From Fibrobacterales bacterium (GTDB lineage: Bacteria > Fibrobacterota > Fibrobacteria > Fibrobacterales > JAOPTW01), in the NCBI GenBank assembly GCA_051532035.1, contig JAOPTW010000054.1, forward strand, positions 374 to 23,620: a stretch of 23,247 nt of DNA. Direction: 5' to 3'. The position numbers and the translations under genes were made by a program. Below are positions 1 through 8,549 of this stretch, in pieces (position 1 is the stretch's first letter; every line of letters begins with the position of its first letter). The notes under the pieces were generated by a model that was not told the DNA's origin, did not search any database, and saw nothing but the letters and a program-made list of their open reading frames with translations.

Positions 1-124
1 TAAAACCAGCATCAGCAAGTGTCACTGTAATTGCTGCAGTAAGTGTAGTTTTACCGTGGTCAACGTGACCAATTGTTCCAATGTTTACGTGCGGTTTGTT
101 ACGCTCGAATTTAGCTTTTGCCAT
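1..124 (-). CDS. tuf: Elongation factor Tu, N-terminal 41 codons (runs off the window)
   Basis: Manual translation from ATG at 124: [41 protein letters not shown], the EF-Tu N-terminus with G1 motif [14 protein letters not shown] just upstream. Not in the ORF track. Confidence 0.98.
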   Translation of the reverse strand, partial: MAKAKFERNKPHVNIGTIGHVDHGKTTLTAAITVTLADAGF

Positions 125-242
125 TTTTTCCTACTTTATTTTCAGTCTTTTTGAGCCGTCTTAGGCTGGGTTTTGAAGCGCTTCAATAATTTTTTTACAA
201 CAATGAGTAGAGGAAGCTTTACCAATTGTTAGAGTGCGAGCA

Positions 243-272
243 AATATAGTATAAGTAGTACAGGGTCGTCAA
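243..272 (-). promoter_or_regulatory. Putative sigma70 promoter for tuf
   Basis: Minus strand TTGACG-N18-TATATT, with an AT-rich UP-like tract upstream and GC-rich GCTCGCAC downstream (discriminator-like). Confidence 0.55.
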
Positions 273-396
273 GGGACTTTATAAAATAATTTCTTTGTGA
301 TGCTACTATTTTCATGCATTTGAGGTTTTATGGCCTTATTGGCACAAAATAAGTATTATTTTTCAAAACCATTGATTTATATAGAGATACAAAGGT

Positions 397-2286
397 TTAA
401 ATTTTGTCATTTCTACTGTATTCCAAGCTAAATGACGTAGTGCCCTTGGTAAGTGTCCTCACATCAATCGAATAACCCAACGTTTCTTTTAAGGGGATTT
501 CGCCTCTTATATGTGTGTGACCACCATGAGTCTCAATTTTTTGAACAATTGACTTACGAGACTGTAAGTCTGAAATGAGTTTACCGCAATAATCATTGGG
601 TACTACTATCTCAATATTCATAACCGGCTCTGTTATGACAATATCGCTTATCTCTATTTTATACCGAATAGCATCTATGAGTAGTCGTTTTAGTTGACCT
701 GGAATAAGCGAACCCGTACTTTTAATATCTTTTATTACAAAGTGTACGCACCTTAATTCCCCCTTACCTATCACTCCGGCCGCTACACATTCTTCTATGG
801 CGCTCTTAATCACTGCATCTACAAATGGTGGGTATGTACCTGAATCAATCTCATAGGTGTAATTTTTAGAATGCAATCTTCTCATTTCTAGCGCCATCGA
901 GTGTTTATTACCTTCAAACTCATTCTCTTCAAAAAATAGTGGGATATCGTGTACCAGCTCTTCAAAATACTGTACATGTGGCTCACCACTAGAATAACTG
1001 CATTTAAACTCGTGTGTTAATCGATCTTTTATATAATCAAGATGCACCTCGCCTACTACATAGAGATCCCAACAACCTTTTTCATAATCTGGTTCAACTT
1101 TTAAGGAGGGGTCGGTCTGATCAATAATTTTTAAGGCTTCATCAATTTTTGTAATATCATCACTACAATTACCTTCTAATTGAACCTTTACAAGAGGGTT
1201 ATACCTATGATTAAAGATATTTTCTTCTCGCTCTCCTCCTTCAGAAACAATGTCTCCTATTCTAAAAGCAAAAGAACTTTTAAATGAGAATATTTCTCCT
1301 TTCTTTACTAGCTCAATAGTTACAAGTTCCTCACTTTTAACTCCATACGCATCCCACCATTCATATTGATCAAACTGAATATCAGTTAATGCTTGCGCTA
1401 TGTACATAAGGCCATTGCCTGAAAAAGTCCTTACTTTTAATACTGAACACAATCCTACTCTTGATGTTGAAAACGAAGGGAATACTATATTTATGGTATT
1501 TAGGAGTTGACGCACTCCAATAGCCTGCTTTGCTGACCCTAAACAGAGTGCAATGTACTTTGAGTCTTGAAAACACGCAGCCAAGTGCTGAATTATATCT
1601 TTGGGGTCTATCTGCTCATCCATTAGGTATTTTTCCATGAGCCCATCATCATATTCAGCCACTGCCTCTATAAGCTCTTTCCTATAGCGCTGTACTTCAT
1701 GCTCTAAGCCCTGAGGCACAGAAGGATCAATTTCAATCTTTCTTCCCGATTTAGAGTAAATAGAAACATTACTAATGAGATCAAAAACCCCTGTTAATGT
1801 ACCATTCGAATATATTGGAAGATTAAGAGCTATGGGATGGCGCTCTATCTGCTCTTCTATATGTATCAGTACTTCACCAAGGTCAGCATGTTCGATATCG
1901 AGTTTATTTATGAAAATCAGAGGGGTAACATTATGCTGAACAATTTTGTTCCAAGCTGAGATCGTTTGTGTTTCAAGACTATTTTGTCCGCATATGACTA
2001 AAACCGCTCCTTGAGACGCGTAGAGCGCACAATCAACTTCTGCTGAAAAATCAATATGCCCAGGGGTATCCAAAAAATCTACCTGCTCATCCCTCCAAGT
2101 ATATGATGACACGCCTGTTTCAATGGTAATCCCCTTCTCTTTTTCTGTAGGGAGATAGTCCATTGTTGCAAGGCCCTCTTCGACCTCTCCGACGGTGTGT
2201 ATCTCTTTTGAGAGGTAGAGTATTCTTTCGGACAGTGTCGTTTTACCGGCATCTACATGGGCGAGGATTGATAGTGCTTTGGACAT
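397..2286 (-). CDS. Divergent elongation factor G-like translational GTPase (EF-G paralogue), 629 aa
   Basis: G1 AHVDAGKTT, G2 EKEKGITI, G3 DTPGHIDF, G4 NKLD, G5 GSA, domain III VGEVHL, domain V EPVMNIEIVVP...PLKETLGYS..RTLTKG. Start moved to ATG 2286 (MSKALSIL) because the 29 upstream codons in the ORF track are not EF-G-like. Confidence 0.88.
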   Translation of the reverse strand: MSKALSILAHVDAGKTTLSERILYLSKEIHTVGEVEEGLATMDYLPTEKEKGITIETGVSSYTWRDEQVDFLDTPGHIDFSAEVDCALYASQGAVLVICGQNSLETQTISAWNKIVQHNVTPLIFINKLDIEHADLGEVLIHIEEQIERHPIALNLPIYSNGTLTGVFDLISNVSIYSKSGRKIEIDPSVPQGLEHEVQRYRKELIEAVAEYDDGLMEKYLMDEQIDPKDIIQHLAACFQDSKYIALCLGSAKQAIGVRQLLNTINIVFPSFSTSRVGLCSVLKVRTFSGNGLMYIAQALTDIQFDQYEWWDAYGVKSEELVTIELVKKGEIFSFKSSFAFRIGDIVSEGGEREENIFNHRYNPLVKVQLEGNCSDDITKIDEALKIIDQTDPSLKVEPDYEKGCWDLYVVGEVHLDYIKDRLTHEFKCSYSSGEPHVQYFEELVHDIPLFFEENEFEGNKHSMALEMRRLHSKNYTYEIDSGTYPPFVDAVIKSAIEECVAAGVIGKGELRCVHFVIKDIKSTGSLIPGQLKRLLIDAIRYKIEISDIVITEPVMNIEIVVPNDYCGKLISDLQSRKSIVQKIETHGGHTHIRGEIPLKETLGYSIDVRTLTKGTTSFSLEYSRNDKI

Positions 2287-2392
2287 AGGTATAAACTCGA
2301 TTAATGTGTTTCTATACACACAGTATGGATACAAGGTTAAGGTGGTAACAATATAGCTATTTAGCTGATACACACCATTGATTAAGAAAAGG

Positions 2393-2974
2393 TTAAAAAA
2401 CGAGAGTTTTTATCTTTTTGATCGCTTCACCACGGTGAGAAAGAACCTTTTTCTCGACCATACCCATCTGGCCAAAGGTCTTTTCTGAACCATTAGGAAT
2501 AAAGAGGGGGTCATAACCAAATCCTTGGTCCCCTATAGGCTCTTCAACTATTGTCCCTTTGACTTCACCACGAACAATAGTCTCGGCTCCATTACTGTCT
2601 AAATGGCAGAGCGCACAAACAAATTGCGCGCCACGATTTGTATTGCCAGAAAGCTCATTTAAAAGTTTGTCGTTATTCTGTTGATCAGTTGCATGTTCAC
2701 CAGCAAAACGTGCAGTATAAATACCAGGACGGGCATCTAACGCATCTACCTCAATTCCTGAATCATCCGCCATCACAGGAAGGTTACAAAATGTTTGCAC
2801 TGCGACCGCTTTGATTCGGGCATTCGCTTCAAAGGTATCACCATCTTCGATTATTTCATCAAAAAATCCAATATCCTTGAGGGATTTAAACTCAAAATTG
2901 TCACTGCCCAGTATGGCATAAAACTCTTTAAGCTTTCCCTGATTACCCGTTGCGATAACAATCGTTTGCTTCAT
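2393..2974 (-). CDS. rdgB: dITP/XTP pyrophosphatase (RdgB/HAM1 family)
   Basis: ATGNQGK, EDGDTFEANARIKA, ADDSGIEVDAL, PGIYTARF, GFGYDPLF and SHRG motifs; AGGGAG SD. Confidence 0.96.
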   Translation of the reverse strand: MKQTIVIATGNQGKLKEFYAILGSDNFEFKSLKDIGFFDEIIEDGDTFEANARIKAVAVQTFCNLPVMADDSGIEVDALDARPGIYTARFAGEHATDQQNNDKLLNELSGNTNRGAQFVCALCHLDSNGAETIVRGEVKGTIVEEPIGDQGFGYDPLFIPNGSEKTFGQMGMVEKKVLSHRGEAIKKIKTLVF

Positions 2975-2996
2975 AACTCCCTATTGTGAAAATGAT

Positions 2997-3233
2997 TTAA
3001 GATTTTTTGACCCAAATAGTATCTGCTTCGATGCTTCGTAGTGCAAGCTTTGTATTATGCACCACAATTTTGATTGTCGAACTACCTAAGGTCATAGCTT
3101 CTACGGTAATGTCTGCGCCACGTTTTATTCCAAAGGACATGAGTCGGTGCCGTAAATCGCCCGGAGCTGTCACCTCTTCGACAGTTACGGTCTCACCTTC
3201 TAGAACTTTAGATAATGGAATTTTGCTATTCAT
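2997..3233 (-). CDS. feoA: FeoA family ferrous iron transport protein A (SH3-like)
   Basis: LRHRLMSFGIKRGADITV...LALRSIEADTIWV matches the FeoA pattern. ATG at 3233 (MNSKIPL) preferred over TTG 3239. Confidence 0.88.
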   Translation of the reverse strand: MNSKIPLSKVLEGETVTVEEVTAPGDLRHRLMSFGIKRGADITVEAMTLGSSTIKIVVHNTKLALRSIEADTIWVKKS

Positions 3234-3239
3234 ACCCAA

Positions 3240-3268
3240 AAACTAGCTAGAATGAGACTTAATATCAA
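3240..3268 (-). promoter_or_regulatory. Putative sigma70 promoter giving a leaderless feoA transcript
   Basis: Minus strand TTGATA-N17-TAGTTT, then 6 nt (TTGGGT), then the feoA ATG; no convincing SD. Confidence 0.5.
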
Positions 3269-3269
3269 G
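3251..3269. promoter_or_regulatory. Putative Fur box
   Basis: AATGAGACTTAATATCAAG matches the Fur palindrome AATGATAATnATTATCATT at 13 of 18 non-central positions. It overlaps the -35 and spacer upstream of an iron-transport gene. Confidence 0.5.
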
Positions 3270-3433
3270 ATATTTGGCCCTTAAGGTAAATCGAGTACAA
3301 TTATGAAGTCACACATATGTGGTATTTTATGTTGAAATAGCCCCATCTTGTAAATAACGCCTTTCGTATGGTCGTTAGCCCCTACAAGGAGCATAGATAA
3401 ATTATTACCATTACACTCAAAAATGAGGTGATA

Positions 3434-3751
3434 ATGTCTGAATTTAAAAATGTAACAATCGTAAAACAAGCAAATGTCTATTTTGATGGCGCTGTAACAA
3501 GCAGAACCGTAGTCTTTGAAGATGGCACAAAGAAAACTCTTGGTATTATGAATCCAGGTGAATATGAGTTTGGTGCTGATGCAGCTGAAATTATGGAAAT
3601 TATGGCTGGCAATCTTGAAGTACTTCTCCCAGGATCTGAAGACTGGTTGACCATTAAAGGCGGAGAGTCATTTAATGTCCCTGCAAATTCAAAGTTTAAC
3701 GTTAAAATCAAAACAATTACTGACTACTGCTGCTCGTATATTGTTGAATAA
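3434..3751 (+). CDS. ppnP: Pyrimidine/purine nucleoside phosphorylase (YaiE/DUF1255, cupin)
   Basis: [46 protein letters not shown] motifs; GAGGTG SD before ATG 3434. Confidence 0.95.
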   Translation: MSEFKNVTIVKQANVYFDGAVTSRTVVFEDGTKKTLGIMNPGEYEFGADAAEIMEIMAGNLEVLLPGSEDWLTIKGGESFNVPANSKFNVKIKTITDYCCSYIVE

Positions 3752-3767
3752 GTCCTGTTTATAATAC

Positions 3768-3804
3768 AAAAAAAGGGGAGTTCAATATGAACTCCCCTTT
3801 TTTT
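3768..3804. terminator. Bidirectional intrinsic terminator between ppnP and leuS
   Basis: AAAAAAAGGGGAGTTCA-ATA-TGAACTCCCCTTTTTTT, a perfect inverted repeat with A/T tails between convergent genes. Confidence 0.92.
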
Positions 3805-3818
3805 ATTAGATAACTCTT

Positions 3819-6497
3819 TTACTTTTTACCCACAATATTGACCAATCTATCCGGTACAATAATTGTTTTAATGACGGTGAGCCCTTCTAAATTATGAGCA
3901 AATTTCTCATCAGCTTTCGCAAGTGCCTCGAGACCTTCCTTACTGGTTCCTTTCGCAACCTGTATTTTTGATCGTACTTTCCCATTCACCTGAAGGACAA
4001 CAGTCACTTCATCATCAACAGTCAGTTTAGCATCAAAGACTGGCCATGCACTATAAGACAAGTTCTCTTTACCAAGTTGCGACCACATCTCTTCTGCCAT
4101 ATGAGGGGCAAAAGGGGCAACCAACTGTACAAAGACCTCTGCTATTGAGCGATACTTGATGTCACATTTAGCAATTTCATTGTTGAGAATCATGAGCTGA
4201 GAAATAGCTGTATTGAAACGGAGCGCCTCAATATCATGCTCCACTTTTTCAATTGACTGATGCAGTACCTTAAGGAGTGCTTTAGGCGCTTCATCATCTA
4301 CAAGTGTTACCGGATGCTCTTCGGTGCCAATTACATTTCTCCACGCTTTACTCAAGAAACGGAACTGCCCTTCGAGACCTTCAGTTTGCCATGGCTTAGT
4401 CGCATCAAGAGGCCCCATGAACATTTCATAGAGACGGAGACTGTCGGCCCCATACTCTTCAACAACATCATCAGGGTTCACTACATTTTTAAGGGACTTT
4501 GACATTTTGGCTACAATTTGCTTTAGCTCTTCGCCAGTCTCTTTATGGAAGTATTTGCCATCTTTTTCATCAACCATATCTGAAGCTACTTTTGAACCAG
4601 ATGCGTTTTCATAAGCAAAAGCGAGAATCATTCCTTGATTAAAAAGTTTTTGATACGGCTCAGAAGTAGATACTACACCGAGATCAAAAAGCACTTTGTG
4701 CCAGAAGCGACTGTAAAGTAAGTGAAGTACCGCATGTTCTGCACCACCCACATAGAGGTCCACAGGCATCCAATAGTTTTCTGCTACCTTGTCGAAAGGG
4801 TTTTCATCATTTTTCGGGTCAATATAACGGAGATAATACCAACATGATCCTGCCCACTGTGGCATAGTATTCGTTTCTCTGCGACCTTTACGGCCATTTT
4901 CGTCAGTGACTATAAGCCAATCATCACCCGCATTTCCTAGGGGAGACTCACCGCCATCACCAGGGAGATACTCTTCGAGCTTTGGAAGTTCAAGAGGCAG
5001 CTGTTCAACAGGAAGGGTTGTAACTTCGCCATCTTCCCAGTGGATAACAGGGAATGGTTCACCCCAGTAGCGCTGACGACTAAAGAGCCAGTCGCGAAGT
5101 TTATAATTTACTGTCGCAACACCTAGACCTTTTTCACCGAGCCATGCAATCGTTTTTGCGATGCCTTCGGTTTTTGCGAGTCCGTTAATATCAAAGCCCG
5201 TCTCTGAAGAAGCGCTTTGAATATAGACCCCATCATTGGTCCAGCACGCATCACCTGCAAGAACCTTTTCACGAAACTCAGCATCTGCTCCAGCTGGATC
5301 AAGAATACAGATCACTGGTATATCAAATGTTTTTGCAAATTCAAAGTCACGTTTATCATGTGCAGGAACAGCCATAATTGCGCCAGTACCATAACCGGTG
5401 AGTACATAGTCTGCAACCCACACTGGAATTTTAGATCCGTTTACCGGATTGATGGCATACGAACCGGTAAATACACCGCTCTTCTCTTTGGCAAGATCCG
5501 TGCGGTCAAGGTCTGATTTAAGTGCTGCCGCTTTAATATAGGCTTCAACTTCATCTTTCTGAGTGGCTACAGTCAGCTGTGCAAGTTGATCATGCTCAGG
5601 AGCCACCACCATATATGTCGCACCAAAGAGGGTGTCTGGACGAGTAGTATAGACTTTTAAATGAACATCTTGGCCATCAATGGCAAAATCTACCTCTGCG
5701 CCAGTTGAACGGCCAATCCAGTTACGTTGCATCTCTTTAACGCTATCGGGCCAATCAAGATCATCTAATCCTTCGAGAAGGCGCTCTGCGTAGTGAGGAA
5801 TGCGGAGCATCCACTGCTTAAGGTTTTTGCGCTCAACTTCTTTTGAACCACATTTTTCATGGGATCCATCACCAAGAACTTCTTCATTGGCGCATACAAT
5901 TTTACAACTTTTACACCACCACACCTGTGCATTATCATAATAGGCAAGGCGGTTATCTGCTTTATACTTTCGAATAGCATCAATACCTTCAGCTTCGACT
6001 TCAGAAGGTATAGGAAGCTCATCGATATGGCGACCTTTATTCGCCTCCGGATCGAACCAGGTGTCAAACAGCTGTGAAAAAATCCACTGTGACCACTTAA
6101 AATAAGCTGGGTCAGTAGTATTGATTTCACGATCCCAGTCATAACTAAGGCCGAGAGATTTAATTTGACGACGGAAGGTATCACAATTTTTCTGTGTTGT
6201 CACAGCAGGATGAGTACCTGTTTGAATGGCATACTGCTCTGCAGGAAGGCCAAATGCATCCCAACCCATTGGATGGAGCACGTTAAAGCCTTTATTACGT
6301 TTGTATCTACAGAGAATATCTGTCGCCGTGTATCCCTCTGGGTGCCCTACATGGAGACCATTACCCGACGGATAAGGAAACATGTCGAGGCAGTAAAATT
6401 TAGGTTTACTCGTATCAAGACCAGTTTTAAAGGTCTTGTTCTCTTCCCAAAACTGTTGCCATTTCGGCTCAATATCTGCTGGGGTATATTTTGGCAT
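3819..6497 (-). CDS. leuS: Leucine--tRNA ligase
   Basis: [12 protein letters not shown] (HIGH motif), [10 protein letters not shown], editing domain [30 protein letters not shown]. Confidence 0.99.
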   Translation of the reverse strand: MPKYTPADIEPKWQQFWEENKTFKTGLDTSKPKFYCLDMFPYPSGNGLHVGHPEGYTATDILCRYKRNKGFNVLHPMGWDAFGLPAEQYAIQTGTHPAVTTQKNCDTFRRQIKSLGLSYDWDREINTTDPAYFKWSQWIFSQLFDTWFDPEANKGRHIDELPIPSEVEAEGIDAIRKYKADNRLAYYDNAQVWWCKSCKIVCANEEVLGDGSHEKCGSKEVERKNLKQWMLRIPHYAERLLEGLDDLDWPDSVKEMQRNWIGRSTGAEVDFAIDGQDVHLKVYTTRPDTLFGATYMVVAPEHDQLAQLTVATQKDEVEAYIKAAALKSDLDRTDLAKEKSGVFTGSYAINPVNGSKIPVWVADYVLTGYGTGAIMAVPAHDKRDFEFAKTFDIPVICILDPAGADAEFREKVLAGDACWTNDGVYIQSASSETGFDINGLAKTEGIAKTIAWLGEKGLGVATVNYKLRDWLFSRQRYWGEPFPVIHWEDGEVTTLPVEQLPLELPKLEEYLPGDGGESPLGNAGDDWLIVTDENGRKGRRETNTMPQWAGSCWYYLRYIDPKNDENPFDKVAENYWMPVDLYVGGAEHAVLHLLYSRFWHKVLFDLGVVSTSEPYQKLFNQGMILAFAYENASGSKVASDMVDEKDGKYFHKETGEELKQIVAKMSKSLKNVVNPDDVVEEYGADSLRLYEMFMGPLDATKPWQTEGLEGQFRFLSKAWRNVIGTEEHPVTLVDDEAPKALLKVLHQSIEKVEHDIEALRFNTAISQLMILNNEIAKCDIKYRSIAEVFVQLVAPFAPHMAEEMWSQLGKENLSYSAWPVFDAKLTVDDEVTVVLQVNGKVRSKIQVAKGTSKEGLEALAKADEKFAHNLEGLTVIKTIIVPDRLVNIVGKK

Positions 6498-6650
6498 AGT
6501 GCTCTCAAAGTCGTATTTGAAGCTAAATGTAATAATTTCTTAGAGATTGCAGAATGCTTGACGCATGGGATACCATTTTGTTCGCCAAATGAGTTCATCG
6601 TCTTGGAGTAAACATTGCTGCAGTAAAGACCTCCATGTAACTCTTGTCAT

Positions 6651-6687
6651 AAAAAAAGGCCCTCTTTCTAATAGAAAGAGGGCCTTT
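6651..6687 (-). terminator. Intrinsic terminator of the Ala/Glu-rich lipoprotein gene
   Basis: AAAGGCCCTCTTTCTA-A-TAGAAAGAGGGCCTTT inverted repeat ending in a U7 tract on the minus strand, about 20 nt after the stop at 6707. Confidence 0.88.
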
Positions 6688-6706
6688 ACGTTAGTTAAAA
6701 CGTAAT

Positions 6707-6928
6707 CTATTTTGCTTCAGCAGCTGGAGCCGCTTCTACTGGTGCAGCTTCTGCTTTTGGAGCAACTACTGCTTCTGCTTCTGGAGCAGCAGCTTGGTCA
6801 GCCTGTTCAGCAGCTGGTTGTACTTCAGCAGCTGGAGCTACTTCTTTTTTTGCTTCTTCTTTTTTATTACACCCTACGAGTGCAACAAATGAGAAAATAG
6901 ACGCTGCGAGGAGCATTTTGATTTTCAT
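6707..6928 (-). CDS. Small Ala/Glu/Pro-rich lipoprotein, 73 aa
   Basis: Signal peptide with lipobox LVGC, low-complexity APAAE-type repeats, AAGGA SD, own terminator, GCT/GCA/GAA-biased codons. Confidence 0.85.
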   Translation of the reverse strand: MKIKMLLAASIFSFVALVGCNKKEEAKKEVAPAAEVQPAAEQADQAAAPEAEAVVAPKAEAAPVEAAPAAEAK

Positions 6929-7035
6929 ACTTATCCTTTGATATGATTCTACCTTATGCAGGAATGTAACAAAATTAATGTAAAACTTGTTTCTTTCATT
7001 AGCATTTGGTTAAATCAGAAATAATTTTCTTGCTC

Positions 7036-7590
7036 CTATTGAATTTTAAAAGCCATTCCTACAGATATTTCAACACCGTGCGGCTCCATTAATTCAGCCC
7101 CAGACTTCAAACTCCCTGCATCAGAACCTGCGAGATGAGATGATTTCCCACCTGAAACAGCAACACCATACCCTGCTTTACAATAAAGTGAAATCTTCCC
7201 TACAGCCAACCTTGCCCCAACAGCTAATTGAAGTGTATGGGCTGGCGATATTTTAAACGTTCCTTCATCTTCATTTACTGTTACTAAAAGGTTATCTACG
7301 CCACCTGAGTGATAATAATTTCCTGCTAAAAAAGGCGAAAGCCTATTTTGAGGGTTAATAAAATATTTTGCCCCGAGTCCATATTTAAAACCAGCCATAG
7401 ACATGCCTGCGCCCAAATTAATATTAAAAGCTTGCAGTGGATAATATCCTAGCTCAACTCCAAGGCCATAAGGAGCATTCCAACCGAGACCACCACCCAG
7501 TTCAAAAATAGCTGGCTCTTGTTCAACAGTCGTCTGTTGAGCAAAAAGGGGTAATGTCAGTAATGCAATTAGAATAAGTAACGTTTTCAT
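7036..7590 (-). CDS. Outer-membrane beta-barrel-like protein, 184 aa
   Basis: Signal peptide (..PLFA|QQ), alternating Gly/aromatic strands (LGVELGYY, YGLGAKYF, VEISVGMAF); CAGGAG SD. Confidence 0.7.
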   Translation of the reverse strand: MKTLLILIALLTLPLFAQQTTVEQEPAIFELGGGLGWNAPYGLGVELGYYPLQAFNINLGAGMSMAGFKYGLGAKYFINPQNRLSPFLAGNYYHSGGVDNLLVTVNEDEGTFKISPAHTLQLAVGARLAVGKISLYCKAGYGVAVSGGKSSHLAGSDAGSLKSGAELMEPHGVEISVGMAFKIQ

Positions 7591-7600
7591 AATACTCCTG

Positions 7601-8055
7601 TTATAGTGCTATATGACATTGTAATCGAATCGGTTTATTAAAGGAGATCAATTCAGTGTCAATATCAGAAATTTTTGTCCCTTTGGGAACAGCCAACTCC
7701 TGTAAACTTCCCTCTTCAATATATTCATCTTCATACCATGTTTGGGTCATTTTCCCTTTTGTATAGTGATATTGTGGAAATAAACCTAGGGACACTGATA
7801 CAGTGGATGATGCATGAAACTCAACAGCAAGAGAACCACCGTATGGTGCTGAACCCAATAGGTGAGAACTGTTTTCTCACTTGTAATGCCGCCCTCTAAA
7901 AGATCGTCTTCCGTAAAAACAACTTTGTCTCCAAATCCTTGCCACCCTTTATTCAGGCCTTTCGCAGTATAGTTATGATAATTCAATGAATAGTGAGCAT
8001 AATACTCTGCTTTTTTTCCAAAAAGTGGGTTTCGGATTCTAATCCATCTATTTAC
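7601..8055 (-). pseudogene. 5'-truncated, frameshifted remnant of a beta-barrel-like gene
   Basis: Open frame from 8055 (VNRWIRIRNPLFGKKAEYYAHYSLNYHNY...EKTVLTY) has no ATG or signal peptide. It continues in the -1 frame near 7858 (LGSAPYGGSLAVEF...PIRLQCHIAL*). The stop abuts the SD of the next gene. Confidence 0.5.
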
Positions 8056-8077
8056 TCATTAAATACTACAAAACTTT

Positions 8078-8110
8078 AATAGCGCTTACTAGAAATAAGC
8101 GCTATTTTTT
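8078..8110 (+). terminator. Terminator-like hairpin with no upstream + strand gene
   Basis: AATAGCGCTTA-CTAGAAA-TAAGCGCTATT followed by TTTT. Confidence 0.55.
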
Positions 8111-8196
8111 ACTTGCATACACATTTTTAGCCTTGCCGTAACTTTGACTAAAAGATATCCTTTATAGTATCCCTAAAATTCTTAAAAGGAAAACAG

Positions 8197-8499
8197 ATGA
8201 AAAAAATTAAATTGTTAGTAGTTGCTGCTTCTATAGCTATGTTCATGGGTTGTACTGCAACTCACTCAGTATCACTTAGTGCTAAAACTACTGCTGGGAA
8301 AAAAGTAACTGCTGAAGTTTCTTCACTTAACTTCTTAGGTCTTACACCTATCTCTATGGAAAAATCAAGTGAAGTAATCGATCTTCTTGATCAACAATGT
8401 GGTGGTACTGGTGTTTCTGGTATCTCAACAAAATACTCTAGCACATGGCTTTTTCTCCCTATCAAAGAGACAATCCAAGCTACAGCTTACTGTAACTAA
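8197..8499 (+). CDS. Small lipoprotein, 100 aa (TRL/Bor-like architecture, tentative)
   Basis: Lipobox FMGC, two further Cys (QQC, AYCN), AAGGA SD, GCT/ACT/TCT-rich codons, downstream terminator. Confidence 0.82.
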   Translation: MKKIKLLVVAASIAMFMGCTATHSVSLSAKTTAGKKVTAEVSSLNFLGLTPISMEKSSEVIDLLDQQCGGTGVSGISTKYSSTWLFLPIKETIQATAYCN

Positions 8500-8514
8500 G
8501 AGATTCAAATCTCC

Positions 8515-8549
8515 AAAAAAGGGCAGCTATATACTAGCTGCCCTTTTTT
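8515..8549. terminator. Bidirectional intrinsic terminator
   Basis: AAAAAAGGGCAGCTA-TATAC-TAGCTGCCCTTTTTT between convergent genes; overlaps the stop codon at 8548-8550. Confidence 0.9.

Noticed and set aside
397..2286. Calling the GTPase a tetracycline ribosomal protection protein (TetM/TetO)
   Set aside because: It keeps an EF-G-like G' insert and domain V, lacks the TetM YSPVST loop, and has no mobile context.
2287..2373. 29-codon N-terminal extension of the EF-G-like ORF from GTG 2373
   Set aside because: Not EF-G-like and no SD; ATG 2286 places G1 at the usual distance from the N-terminus.
3393..3414. Second Fur-like box upstream of ppnP (GATAAATTATTACCATT)
   Set aside because: Only one half-site matches; expected by chance in AT-rich DNA.
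3281..3469. 62-aa minus-strand ORF in the feoA/ppnP intergenic region
   Set aside because: Overlaps the ppnP start, has no SD and no protein-like features.
5870..6075. LeuRS insertion and CxxC...HxxC zinc knuckle
   Set aside because: Known lineage-level variation in bacterial LeuRS, not novel.
6498..6650. Possible T-box or attenuator upstream of leuS
   Set aside because: No T-box consensus and no Leu-rich leader peptide; the nearby hairpin is explained as the upstream gene's terminator.
6712..6900. Leu/Gln-rich + strand ORF
   Set aside because: Antisense shadow of the Ala/Glu repeats of the lipoprotein gene.
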